This document shows positions 1 to 27,650 of a DNA stretch of 64,000 nt, piece by piece; position 1 is the stretch's first letter; each line of letters opens with the position of its first letter. Made by a program: the position numbers and the translations under genes. This DNA is from the human T2T-CHM13v2.0 reference genome, Homo sapiens, in assembly GCF_009914755.1 (NCBI RefSeq), contig NC_060943.1; one strand, 5' to 3'. The notes under the pieces were generated by a model. It had not been told where the DNA came from. It saw only the letters and a program-made list of their open reading frames with translations, and made no database searches.

Positions 1-338
1 ATGGCAGAAGCAGAGGTGGGTGAGTCAGCTAAGGGGCGTTGAGTGCTGGGGGGAGCTGGGCCCGGCATGGATATCGCAGGTGCGTATAGTGCCCCCAGTG
101 GCCAGCAGGAGTCGCCCCAGACAGCTCCTTGCCTGCCCCTAGCCCCCTGCCCATCCTAAAAGGAAAACCGAGGCACAGAGGGTGAGCGTCTTGCCTGAGG
201 CAGCTTGCCCTGACGGCTGGCCAGTCCTTCCTAGGTCCTGACAACAGCCCTAGCCTGTTCAGCTGGGCAGGCAGCTCCAGCACCCCCCGCAGAATCCATA
301 GGACCCGGAGCAAAATGAAAACACAGGGTCCCTGTTTA

Positions 339-1998
<1,660 letters not shown>

Positions 1999-2039
1999 TG
2001 AGCCACCGTGTCTGGCTGATTTTTAGGATTTAAAAAGTC

Positions 2040-6391
<4,352 letters not shown>

Positions 6392-6489
6392 TCAAGGCTG
6401 CAGTAAGCCATGATTGCACCACTGCACTCCAGCCTAGGCGAGAGAGAAGGGCCTTGTCTCAAAAAATAAAATAAAAAACATAGCAACAG

Positions 6490-6955
6490 CTATTTCCCTC
6501 GGAGCGAGCGGGGGCGGCGGCCTGTGCAGCAACGGCCAGGATCAAGGCCCAAGACCTTCTCGGGAAGAAGGAGGAGGAGCTGCTGAAACAGCTGGACGAC
6601 CTAAAGGTGGAGCTGTCCCAGCTGCGCGTCGCCAAAGTGACGGGCGGCGCGGCCTCCAAGCTCCCTAAGATCCGGGCGCGGTGGCTCACGCCTGTAATCC
6701 CAGCACTCTAGGGAGGCCGAGGCGGGCGGATCACGAGGTCAGGAGATCGATACCATCCTGGCTAACACAGCGAAACCCCGTCTCTACTAAAAATACAAAA
6801 AAATTAGCCGGGCGTGGTGGCGGGCGGCTGTAATCCCAGCTACTCACTCGGGAGGCTGAGGCAGGAGGATGGGGTGAACCCGGGAGGCGGAGCTTGCAGA
6901 GAGCCGAGATCTCGCCATTGCGCTTCTGCCTGGGCGACAGAGGGAGACTCTGTCT

Positions 6956-6990
<35 letters not shown>

Positions 6991-7308
6991 TCCGAGTCGT
7001 CCGCAAATCCATTGCCCGTGTTCTCACGGTTATTAACCAGACTCAGAAAGAAAACCTCGGGAAATTCTACAAGGGCAAGAAGTACAAGCACCTGCACCTG
7101 CGGCCTAAGAAGACACGCGCCGTGCGCCGCCCGCTCAGCAAGCACGAGGAGAACCTGACGATCAAGAAGCAGCAGCAGAGCGAGCAGCTGTCCCCAGTGC
7201 GGAAGTGCGCGGTCAAGGCCCGAGTGGCGCGTTGTCAATAAAGCACAGCTGGCTGAGAAAAAAAAAAACAAAAAAAAAAACACCAAAACAAACAAACAAA
7301 CAAAAAAC
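6490..7308 (+). pseudogene. RPL35 (ribosomal protein uL29) processed pseudogene, split by an Alu
   Basis: Translates as [46 protein letters not shown] / [31 protein letters not shown]..., intronless. Start codon is ACG (6532). AATAAA at 7237-7242, A tail from 7258. Degenerate TSD aaaaaacatagcaaca / aaaaaacacagccaca. Confidence 0.95.
6672..6988 (+). mobile_element. AluY-like element inserted in the RPL35 pseudogene CDS
   Basis: AluY-type tcacgaggtcaggagatcga and ggcggagcttgcag; pure A tail of about 32 nt; TSD aagatccg at 6667-6674 and 6987-6994. Confidence 0.9.
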
Positions 7309-7432
7309 ACAGCCACAAAGAGCCAATCCACGGTCAGGAGGGAGTTGTTCCGGTGATGGAACTACATTCTGTATCCTGTTTATAGCAGTAATTTACACGA
7401 ATCTCTACAGCTGTTAAAACTCATAGAAACCA

Positions 7433-8896
<1,464 letters not shown>

Positions 8897-9964
8897 TAGG
8901 GAACCGCAAGGGAGGTTTGTTCAGCAGCTGGAGAAGTGGGCAGAGCCTGGGCCCTGGATCCAGGGAGCCGGCTCATTAATTCTGAAGCCAGCGGGAGCCA
9001 CAGAGGGTCTGCCACCCTGGTCCAGGCTGTGAAGATGGCGGGTGCTGGTATCCTGTCCAAAAATGCCGCAGGGAGATGCTAGGAGAGTGGCCCCCTGGGC
9101 TCACCCTGTGGGGCCTGTGGCTCAGCCTCGTCTCCCAGTTTTGCTGGTCATTTCTGTTTCAACCATCCTGGAAGATCTGCACGGCCATGACCTATTTCTG
9201 CGTTTCTTTGCCTGTCCTGGGTGGGACTGCCCCTCGTTGCTGCTATCCGGTTGGGGGCGGGAAGGTGGGTGGCTGGGTGGGCAGATGGCACCTGCCAGCC
9301 CCAGTGACCAGATGGGGGCCCCTATCGTACTTCCCATCTGTCATTCGTTATGAATCAACAGTGGAGAAAACCACACGTTTGTGCTGAGCTGGTGAAGCTG
9401 CGTCAACGGCTGTCACCGAGCCCTGGTGTCTGGGAGGAGGTGGGGACGGTGGCTGCCAATGGCTGTGTGGCCCTGGGCACGTAATTCGCCCTCTCTGTGC
9501 CTTGCCCTATCTGTAAAGGGACCAGAGGCCCCCGAAGTACAAGAATTACGTGTATCTCTTGGGGAGGAGAGTTTTGATCCAGAACTTTCTAGAATTTTCT
9601 ACAGCCTGTCAATGGGGGTGGGGAATCTTCACCCAAACACTCTGGCTCTGAGTACCTAGGAAGCAGCAACGTTTCTACCAAGCTGCCAGCCACCAGCCCA
9701 CCCCTAGGGCCCTGAAGTCCCAGAGGGATCAGGTCAGGGCGGCCTCATGGCACTCATTGGGAAGATCTCCTTGACCAGTGAGGTCCACTCCCAAAGTCCC
9801 TCTTACACCCGATCTGCCTGTCTGACTTCTGATCCTGAATATCACTTGTCTGTGCGACCTTTGTTGATCCATTTAGAGCAATGACCTTGAACCTTCCCCA
9901 ACAACATCTCTGCTTAATTTTTCTGGCAGAATTTTTCACCATCCAACGGGCTCAGGTGTATTAA

Positions 9965-11660
<1,696 letters not shown>

Positions 11661-11665
11661 TATAG

Positions 11666-11696
<31 letters not shown>

Positions 11697-11749
11697 CACA
11701 CACATATATATATATGATATATATATAATGTATCAGCAGTAGCACGGGT

Positions 11750-12240
11750 CTGACGGTTCCTGATTGGCTCCGAGGAGGGGGACAGCTCCGGGTGAAGCCT
11801 GAGGAGAATCCGCCCCTTCTCCAGAAGGAGGAAGAAGGGCCCTGCTGGTCACACAGGACCCAGTCTGCGGTGGGGGTTTTCCTGCCACCGCCCCGCCCTC
11901 CCTGGGGCCCCCACCTCACCCTCTCCTGGCACCCTTCACCGTCAACCTGTCGGGCCGGGTCTGAGCAGGTCTGGAGGTGGGCGGGGAGCCCTGGCCTCCC
12001 CACCTCCTCCCGTCCCCACCCTGTTCCCAGCACTCAAGCCTTGCCACCGCCGAGCCGGGCTTCCTGGGTGTTTCAGGCAAGGAAGTCTAGGTCCCTGGGG
12101 GGTGACCCCCAAGGAAAAGGCAGCCTCCCTGCGCACCCGGTTGCCCGGAGCCCTCTCCAGGGCCGGCTGGGCTGGGGGTTGCCCTGGCCAGCAGGGGCCC
12201 GGGGGCGATGCCACCCGGTGCCGACTGAGGCCACCGCACC
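11750..12240 (+). promoter_or_regulatory. GNA15: GNA15 proximal promoter and 5' UTR
   Basis: GC-rich non-repeat region before the ATG; GC boxes ccgccc (11811, 11888), reverse CCAAT (about 11762), ETS cores cttcct/ggaagt (12060-12086). Exact TSS is not determinable from sequence. Confidence 0.7.
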
Positions 12241-12385
12241 ATGGCCCGCTCGCTGACCTGGCGCTGCTGCCCCTGGTGCCTGACGGAGGATGAGAAGGCC
12301 GCCGCCCGGGTGGACCAGGAGATCAACAGGATCCTCTTGGAGCAGAAGAAGCAGGACCGCGGGGAGCTGAAGCTGCTGCTTTTGG
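12241..12385 (+). CDS. GNA15: G protein alpha-15 (G-alpha16), coding exon 1
   Basis: gcaccATGG Kozak; MARSLTWRCCPWCLTEDEKAAARVDQEINRILLEQKKQDRGELKLLLLG; donor G|gtgagt at 12386. Confidence 0.98.
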
Positions 12386-13154
12386 GTGAGTCCAGGGTCG
12401 GTGGGCGGTGGGTGGTGGGCAGTGGGCGGTGGCCAGCCGGCAGGGGTGTCGGGGCAAGGAGGCGGATCAGGCTAGGTCAGACACTGGCATCGTGGAGCCG
12501 TCGCCTCCTCCCAGGGAATGGGGAGCCTGGAACCCATTTTCCAGATGAGAAAGACTGAGGCTCAGAGAAGCCAAGTTCCTTGTCCAACGCGCGACCAGCG
12601 GCCAGGTGCCCAGGCCTGTCCACTGTGTGGGGCATACACAATAGCAGACGTGGCTCTACCGGGCCCCTGCCGGGCAGGCCCAGCACGCCCTACCTGTCTG
12701 TGTCATGGCGAGGGAATGATGAGCTCAGGTGTGCAACCCGTTCTGGCCAGCCCGCCCGCAAGGGAGGGGCCGGCTCCAGCCTCTCCTTCACCAGGACGCT
12801 CCCTCTCGCCTTTACCTCCCTGCCATGGCTGGAGAGGGCTTGTCTAGGGCTCCTTTGGGGGCTAGAAAGGATGGATTGATTGGTTCATTGGTTCATTCAT
12901 TCATTATTCATTCATTTAAGATTTATTGAGTAGCTCCCAGGAACGAGGCAGCCAAACAGGGGAAGATATTTCTGTCTTCCTGGATCTCATTTCCTGTGAA
13001 GGAGCCAAGACATTTAGTCTGTAAACTCATAAGCAGATAAAATAATTCTGGCAACAAGAATTATCTAGGAGAAAACAAAACAGGGTGATGGCTTCCATGC
13101 GGAGGCTTCAGATGGGGGAGTCGACGTCAGTAACGGTTCAAGATTCTGAACTCT

Positions 13155-15836
<2,682 letters not shown>

Positions 15837-15884
<48 letters not shown>
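15837..15884 (+). repeat. (ATCT)12 tetranucleotide STR at an Alu tail
   Basis: 12 perfect ATCT units. Confidence 0.95.
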
Positions 15885-15886
<2 letters not shown>

Positions 15887-16229
15887 ATTTGACATATTAA
15901 TGTGTCATATTATGTCACATTATGACGTATCATATCGATATGTCTTATTATTTTAAATAAATAGGGCTACTTAGGCTATCTACTTCTTCTTGTGTGGGTT
16001 TTGATCATTTGTGTCTTTCAAATAATTTGTCCATTTTGCCTGTGTTATCAAATTTATTGGCATAACATTTATAACGTTCCCTTGTTCTCCTGCTACTGTC
16101 TGTAGGATCTGCAGTGATGTCCTCTCTTTTGCTCTTGGTATCGATCATTTCTGCCTTTGCTCATTTTTTTCTTGATCTATCAAGCTAGGGGTTTATCACT
16201 TTTAGTGCTCTTTCCTCGAATACCTCAAG

Positions 16230-16572
16230 GTCATTTATCCCTGACCTTTGCCTGGCTGGCCCTTTCACTCCATGTAGGTCTCAACCCAAGTGTCGCCTCC
16301 TCAGAGAAGTCTTCCCTGACTACCCTAGCTATAAAGACAGTCCTATCTTCTCCTTCCCCTTACTCTGTTTGATTTTTCTTCCTGGCCCTCACTATTTGTT
16401 CACTTGTTTATTGTTTATCTCTCCAGCTATACAGCAAGCAACAAAAGGGTAGGGACCACATCTGTCTTCTTCATCCCTGTGTCTCCAGCATCTAGCACAG
16501 GTGTACAATGAGCCTGCCATATAGTAGATGCTCAAGAAATGCTGAATGAATGAATGAATGAATGAATGAATC
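16230..16572 (+). mobile_element. L2 (LINE2) 3' fragment
   Basis: catctagcacag...tagtagatgctcaagaaatgctgaatgaatgaatgaa is the typical L2 3' end. Confidence 0.7.
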
Positions 16573-18334
16573 ATTTTTGGGGAGAACTTCCCCCAGACAC
16601 TGTATCATATCTTCCTGGAGCTGGGAAAGTCCCTTCCACATACCACTCTGGGCACTACTCAGCCAGCCTCAAAGCAGGAAGCCCCTTCTACTGATGGAGG
16701 GCAGGGGATGTCATCCATGTCCCCAGGCACTGATGTAGCACTGTGGACTGTGGTTTAAACCACCTCATCCCTGGAGACAGGTCTGAGGGCAACCTCCAGA
16801 CCTCTGTCCCTTCTTGGAAACAGGAATTGAATCCAAAAGCTGTTTTTTTTTTACCTGGAGGTGGCTGATCCTTTTGAGGAAGATGGCAAAAAGGACCAGG
16901 GTGGGGGTGGGTCTGTCCCTGACATGAAGCAACCCTCATATTGGGGAAGGGGGAGAGTCAGAATGAAGCCGTGAGCCGGGTATGGTGGCACATACCTGTA
17001 GTCCCAGTTACTCGGGAGGCTAAGGCAGGAGGATTGCTTGAGCCCAGGAGTTCAAGACCAGCCTGGACAACATTGCGAGACCCAGTCTCTAAACAAAAAC
17101 AAAAAAAGAAAAGAAAAGAAAGTGAACAACAACAAAAACAGGAAAATAAAGCTGTGAAAGGGACCAGTTATGTCCTTAGCACTTTAAACATTTTATTTTT
17201 TATTTTTATTTTTGAGACAGAGTCTTACTCTATCACCCCGGTTGGAGTGCAGTGGTGCGATCTCGGCTCACGGCAACCTTTGCCTCCTGGGTTCAAGCAA
17301 TCCTCTTGCCTCAGCTTCCTGAGTAGCTGGGACTACAAGTGTGCACCATCATGCCCAGCTAATTTTTGTATTTTTAGTAGAGACGGGGTTTCACCATGTT
17401 AGCCAGGCTGGTCTCGAACTCCTGACCTCAGGTGATCCATCTGCCTTGGCCTCCCCAAAGTGACGAGATTAGAGATGTGAGCCATTGTGCCCGGCCTGTT
17501 CTTAGCACTTTGAGGCAGGCACTCCTAGTTTCCCCCAAAGGATAAACTGAGGCTCAGAGAGGCAGAGCGACTTGCCCAAGGTCACACAGCTGAGACTCGC
17601 ACCTAGAATTCTGGTTCCAAAGTCCATGCTCCTGACTGCCCTGTTCGCCTGCCTTGGGGGACAGAAACACCACAGAACCCCAGTGCCAGATGGGGAAAAT
17701 GAGGCCCAAGGAGGCAGCAGGATTGATTGGGGGTCAGCAGCTAGTTTGAGCCAGAGCGGGACTGAGAGGCCGAGCCTCCTGCCCCTGCGGCTGCCTGGCC
17801 TGGCTCCCCACTTCCCCAGCAGCTGCGTTTCCTGTGAGGGCCTGGTGCTGGACTCTGTGCACATAGCTGGCTCCAGTTGCCTTGTGATGACTGGGGCTTG
17901 GCACGGTTAACCCAGTTCCTTCCTGGCATCTGCCGGTTCCACTTCCTCCTGTCCTCCTCCGTGCCCAGGAGGAAGCAGGAACTTCCCGTCTGGGCCGCAT
18001 GGCCTTTGGGGGTATCCTAAAACAGATCACTCCCCCCATTTCTATCCAGGAGCTGGGGGATGTCTGGGGGTCGGGGGGCAATGGAGAGGTCCCAGAATCC
18101 TTTGTGGCTTCAGGACAGCAATGGATTGCAAAGAGGGGGTTCTCACGCAGCTCTTCAGGCTTCGGGTGATGACCCATCCCTGAGTCATCAAATCTGTGTC
18201 GCGGGTGGCAACAGGATTATCATTTATTTCCTATAACAAAGCAGAAGAGGAAAAAAAAATCAGTGCATCACAAAATAAAGCCAACTGTTGCTTGCCAAGA
18301 CTTATGTTTGTTCTCTGCACTTTGGGGCAAACTA

Positions 18335-18764
<430 letters not shown>

Positions 18765-19177
18765 TCATCGGCAGTTGGGCTCAATGCCACACCCCAAGGA
18801 GCTGTCGAGCCTCCCAGACTCTGTAAAAACATCGCTTTAACAGACATGTTAATGACACCTACCCCAGCTCTACTGGCCGTGTCCCATTTTGTTGGTGAAG
18901 GACTCACACGACCCCAAGTTTACTCCCCTGGGGTTCCACTTGCTGTGTGACCCAAGGCAAGTCACTAAACCTCTCTGGTCCTCCGTGTCTCATCTGCAAA
19001 TGGGAAAATCATAGAATCTGTGAGGATTAACTGGGGATCCGTAGAGTCTCTGGGCTCGGGGTTAGGAAGACGGTAAGATTTAAAGCATGCTAGCTGTGAT
19101 TTTTATTATGATTGTTATAATTATTCAGGCAGGGTAAAGGAACCTCCAGGTATAATAATTTAGAAACCCATAAGCTC

Positions 19178-22164
<2,987 letters not shown>

Positions 22165-23726
22165 AGAAAAGCCTGTTTCTTGACTTTGAGCCAAATAGAC
22201 ATGACCCCTGGAGAAACTGAGGACTGGAGAGTCGAGGCGGCCACCCCCGACCTGCCCCCATGGCTCTCCAGTGTGCAGGTGGCACCTGCTAGGTGGAGTT
22301 GGAGGCGTTGGAGACAGCCCTTTGGGGAGATGGGAGGTGACACCCCCGCCCCTTCTCCGTGCTCCGGCCTTCTCCTCTGCTCCCATTTCCTCTTTCTGGG
22401 CCCCAACCAAGCCACTCCTTCCCTTTTTGCTGCCGCTTGCTCGATCAAGTCCTGCCTGCACCGACCCCTACCCCCGCCCTCTGCACGCCAACCCTGGAGG
22501 CAGAAGCAGTCCCATCCCCTCTCCCATCGCTGGTTGGGGCCCATGCTGGTGCCCCCAGGAGCCAGACGAGATGCTGGGCAAGCCTGCAGCCCCCACCTCC
22601 CACCTGGTGGATCATACCCATTTTACAGATGAGAAAATTGAGACACAGAGAGGGGGAAGGGCAGCCTTGGGATGTCAGAGCTTAGCGGGGGGCTGAGCTG
22701 GTGTCTTTGAACCTCTAGTCCCAGGCTCTTGAAGACTCCAGCATCAGTATCCCGGACCCAGGGCCGGTTTGGCAGGTGCGCGAACTGGGCTGTCCCAGAG
22801 GGTTCCAGGCTCAGAAGAACCTGAAGTTTCAGCTTGCACCCAGCCCCAGAAAATCTGTGGCTGGCCCTGCAAGGACCCTGCCAGATTTTGTACCATCTGT
22901 CAGCAAGGTCAGGTCGATTCTGTCTCCCCAGTGTCTCTCAAATATGTCCTCTCCTCTCCAGCTCCATGACAGCCACATTGGTCCAGCCCCACGGTTGCTC
23001 ACCTGAACCAACGCAGTCCCCACTGCCCTGGTCCGGGCTCCCCCAGACCACCCCCCACAGCCTGTCCTCCCTGCAGCAGCCACCAGAGGGCGCCTGTGAG
23101 CACCTGAGTCAGGGCCAGTCCCTCCTCTGCCCACAGCCCTCCATGGCTCCCAAGTCCCTCAGGGTCAAAGCCCAAGACTTCCCTGCAACCCACAAGGCCC
23201 AGCACAACCCACCCTCCCCTCCTTCCTCTCTCCCCCTCCTCACTCTGCTCCAGCCACAAGGGCCTCCTCACTGTTCCTCCAATATGCCAGGTGCGGCCCT
23301 GCCCCAGGGCCTTTGCACGAGCTGTTACTGTCACCTGGTGTGCCCTCTAAGATTTTGACAGCCACCTTCCGGCCTTCACAAATCACTTCCACTGAGAGGC
23401 CTTCCTTGACTGCTCACAAATCACTTCCACTGAGAGGCCTTCCTTGACTGCGTGGCTATCGTAGTCACCTAATTACTCCTTGCCCTATTTATCCTATGTT
23501 ATTTCTTTCGTAAAAGTTTCTCTACCTGAAATTATTGTAGCAAATAATAATACATATTAGTATTGTTATGATAAATAATAAAAATAGGCCAGGCACGGTG
23601 GCTCACGCCTGTAATCCCAGCACTTTGGGAGGCCGAGGCAGACAGATCACTTGAGCCCAGGAATTTGAGACCAGCCTGGCTAACATGGTGAAACCACAGC
23701 TGTACTAAAAATACAAAAATTAACTA

Positions 23727-23995
<269 letters not shown>

Positions 23996-24326
23996 TCACG
24001 AGGTCAAGACCACGGTGAAACCCCGTCTCTACTAAAAATACAAAAAAATTAGCCGGGCGTGGTGGCGGGCGCCTGTAGTCCCAGCTACTCAGAGAGGCTG
24101 AGGCAGGAGAGTGGTGTGAACCCGGGAGACGGAGCTTGCAGTGAGCCGAGGTCGCGCCACTGCACTCCAGCCTGGGTGACAGAGCAAGACTCCATCTCAA
24201 AAAAAAAAAAAAAAAGAAGAGAAAAAGAAAACAAAAACAAACAAAAACTTTCTGGCCACACAAAGATAACTGGATCTGGCCCTCAAGCAGCCGGAGTTTG
24301 CGACCCTTACCGTGAGCATTTTATAA

Positions 24327-24617
<291 letters not shown>

Positions 24618-24900
24618 TAACTCCTGACCTCAGGTGATCCGCCTGCCTCAGCCTCCCAAAGTGCTGGGACTACAGGCATGAGCCACCGTGCCCAGCCTGA
24701 GGTTCATGTTTTACAGATGGGGAAACCAAGGCACAGAGCGGCAAAGCCGCTAGCCTAGGGTCACTGAGTGAGGTCCCGGCTGCACCGGGGTTTGAACCCA
24801 GGAGGCCTGGCGTGGAGTTGGGGGTGTCTGACGTGGGGTTGGGGGTGTCGGGGGTGGGAGTCCGGTGGAGGGCTGAGCGGTTCTGCTGCTCCATCCCCAG

Positions 24901-25085
24901 GCCCAGGCGAGAGCGGGAAGAGCACCTTCATCAAGCAGATGCGGATCATCCACGGCGCCGGCTACTCGGAGGAGGAGCGCAAGGGCTTCCGGCCCCTGGT
25001 CTACCAGAACATCTTCGTGTCCATGCGGGCCATGATCGAGGCCATGGAGCGGCTGCAGATTCCATTCAGCAGGCCCGAGAGCAAG
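24901..25085 (+). CDS. GNA15: GNA15 coding exon 2 (P-loop GPGESGKS)
   Basis: ccccag| acceptor; [61 protein letters not shown]; donor |gtgagc. Confidence 0.98.
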
Positions 25086-25249
25086 GTGAGCCGCCAGGGC
25101 AGGCAGGGGCCCAGGGCAGGCAGGGGCCCATGGCAGGGTTCCCCAGACCCCGGAGCAGGGCCAAGTTCCCCAGACTTCAGGGCAGGGCAGGGCAGGGCAG
25201 GGCAGGCAGGGAAGGGTCCCCAGACCCTGGGGCAAGGCCATGTCCTCCA

Positions 25250-25930
25250 GACATATGTGCATACATACAAGTGCACACACAAGTATACACGCATAAATGC
25301 ACACACGCACATGTATGCACACGCACAGACATGCACACAAGGACACACACATACGTACATGCTCACAAAGATACGCATGCCCACATGCACACACCCACAC
25401 ACATACACAAATGAATGCACACACGTGCACACGTGTGCACACACACAAATGCACACAAGGATCCATGCAGATGCCCCCACACAGATGCACACAAATAAGT
25501 GCACACACAAATGTACACACTCAAACACGCCCATGCACGTGTACACACTCACAAACACACACAAGAATGCATGCAAATTCCCACATGCACACACACACAT
25601 GCACATACACAAACACACACAAGCATGCATGCAAATTCCCACATGCACACACACACATGCACATACACAAACACACAAGGATACACACATGCCTGCATGT
25701 AATCCCCCCATGCACATGCACGCACATGTGTGCACACATACAAATGCACACACAAGCACACCTATGCACGCACCCACAAATGCAGCCAAGGATACATGCG
25801 CGTGCCCCACACACAAATATGCAAACAAATCACACACCCAGACACACCCATGCACATGTGTACATCTATACACACACACACACGAGCACGCTTGTACATG
25901 AACAAACACAGAGAAATGCACACACAACAC
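25250..25930. repeat. CA/CATG-rich low-complexity tract, intron 2
   Basis: cacacatgcacac... degenerate repeats. Confidence 0.9.
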
Positions 25931-26440
25931 TCAGAGTCCATCACAAAGGTCTGAGCAACGCGAGTGCCTGGGGGGAGCTAGGGCTGTTTGGGGAAAAGAA
26001 GGGGAAGCCCAGAGTCTGGGGGGCAGCTCAGGGTTCACGCGCCTCTGGGGGGCTTCTGAGGGGCAGATTGCTTCAGTGCTCTGTGTCTTAGTCGCTTCAT
26101 CTGTGGAAGGGGGGACTGTGAGTGCCGTGCTTCCTGGGAGCCAGCTAGTGTAAAGAGCGGGGCTGGGTGCCATGCTCCCCCTGAGCCTGGGCTCGCCCGA
26201 GCACATGTGCCCTCTGCAGCCCCTCATGTGGTGGTCTGTGCTTTTCCCTCTGGGGATCCATGCAAGAACAGACGGAGGACAAATCAGAAGTGTGCGGGGG
26301 GCTCGGGAGCTCTGGGGAAGAAGGAGAGCAGTGGGAAGAGAGCGTGTTTCAGGGAGGGACGTGGGGGCTTGCAGAGATGCCTGCGGAGGGCAGCCCCACT
26401 CAGAAAGGCTACCCTAACTGCCCCCGTCCTCCCTCCCCAG

Positions 26441-26595
26441 CACCACGCTAGCCTGGTCATGAGCCAGGACCCCTATAAAGTGACCACGTTTGAGAAGCGC
26501 TACGCTGCGGCCATGCAGTGGCTGTGGAGGGATGCCGGCATCCGGGCCTGCTATGAGCGTCGGCGGGAATTCCACCTGCTCGATTCAGCCGTGTA
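26441..26595 (+). CDS. GNA15: GNA15 coding exon 3
   Basis: Branch-like ctaac at about 26414; ccccag| acceptor; [51 protein letters not shown]; donor TA|gtgagt. Confidence 0.98.
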
Positions 26596-26738
26596 GTGAG
26601 TCTGGGGTCTGCGGGGGATGGGCGCGTGGGGAGGGGCTGAGGGCAGGGGCCAGGCTGGCTGGCTTCCTGCAGCAGGAGATATTGTGGGCGCAGATGGGCT
26701 GTGAGGTGGTCCTGCTCCAGGATGAGGTCATTCCAGGG

Positions 26739-27650
26739 GGACCCTAATTCCCGGGGGACCCTGTTCTGGGGGTGACCCTTTTCCTGGGGGAACTCCCTTC
26801 ATGGAATGACCTTGTTCCTGGGTGGACCCTGTTCCTTGGGACTCTGTTCTGGCGGTGATCTTGTTCTTGGAATGACCCTATTCATAGGGGGACTCTGTTC
26901 TAGGAGTGACTCTGTTCCTGAGGGAATCCAGTTCCTTGGGGAGACCCTGTTCTAGGGGGTATCCTGTTCCTAGAGTGACCCTGTGCCTGGGGGTCCCTGT
27001 TCCTGCGAGGACCCTGTTTCAGGGGTGACCCTGTTCCTGGGGGAACCGTATTCCTAGAGTGACCCTGTTCTTGGGGGGAACCCTGATCCTGGGGGGAACC
27101 CTATTCCTGGAGAACCCTGTTCCTGGAGTGACCCTGGGCCTTGGAGTCCCTGTTCCCGTGAGGACCCTGTTTCAGGGGTGACCCTGTTTCTGGGGGGACC
27201 CTGTTCCCGGGGGTGACTCTGTTCCCAGGGAGACCCTATTTCCTGGGGGATCCTGTTCTGGCGTTGATCCTTTTCCTGGAGTGACCCTGTTCCTAGGGGT
27301 GATCCTGTTCCTGGGGGGACTGTATTCCTAGAGTGACCCTGTTCTTGGAGGGACCCTGTTCCTGGGGGGACCTTGTTCCTGGGGGAACCCTATTCCTAGA
27401 GAACCCTGTTCCCGGAGTGACCCTATTCCTGGCGGGAACCTGTTCCTAGAGTGCCCCTGTTTTAGAAGGGACCCTTTTCTGGGAGTGACCCTGTTTCTGA
27501 GGGGACCCTATTCTGGGGGGACCCTGTTCCTGGAGTGACCCTGTTCCTGGGGGGACCCTGTTCCTAAAGTGACCCTGTTTTAGGGGGGACTCTGTTCCAG
27601 GGGAGACCCTGTTCTGGGGGTGACCCTATTCCTAGTGGGATCCTGTACTA
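26739..27650 (+). repeat. Degenerate ~16-18 bp minisatellite (gaccctgttcctggggg) in intron 3
   Basis: Dozens of tandem variant copies of gaccctgttc(c/t). Confidence 0.9.

Noticed and set aside
6894-7241. 115-aa Alu-polyLys-RPL35 fusion ORF
   Set aside because: Non-ATG start inside an Alu; pseudogene remnant with no evidence of expression
24750-26091. Several long His/Thr or Cys/Val ORFs
   Set aside because: CA-rich low complexity; only 24901-25085 is a real exon
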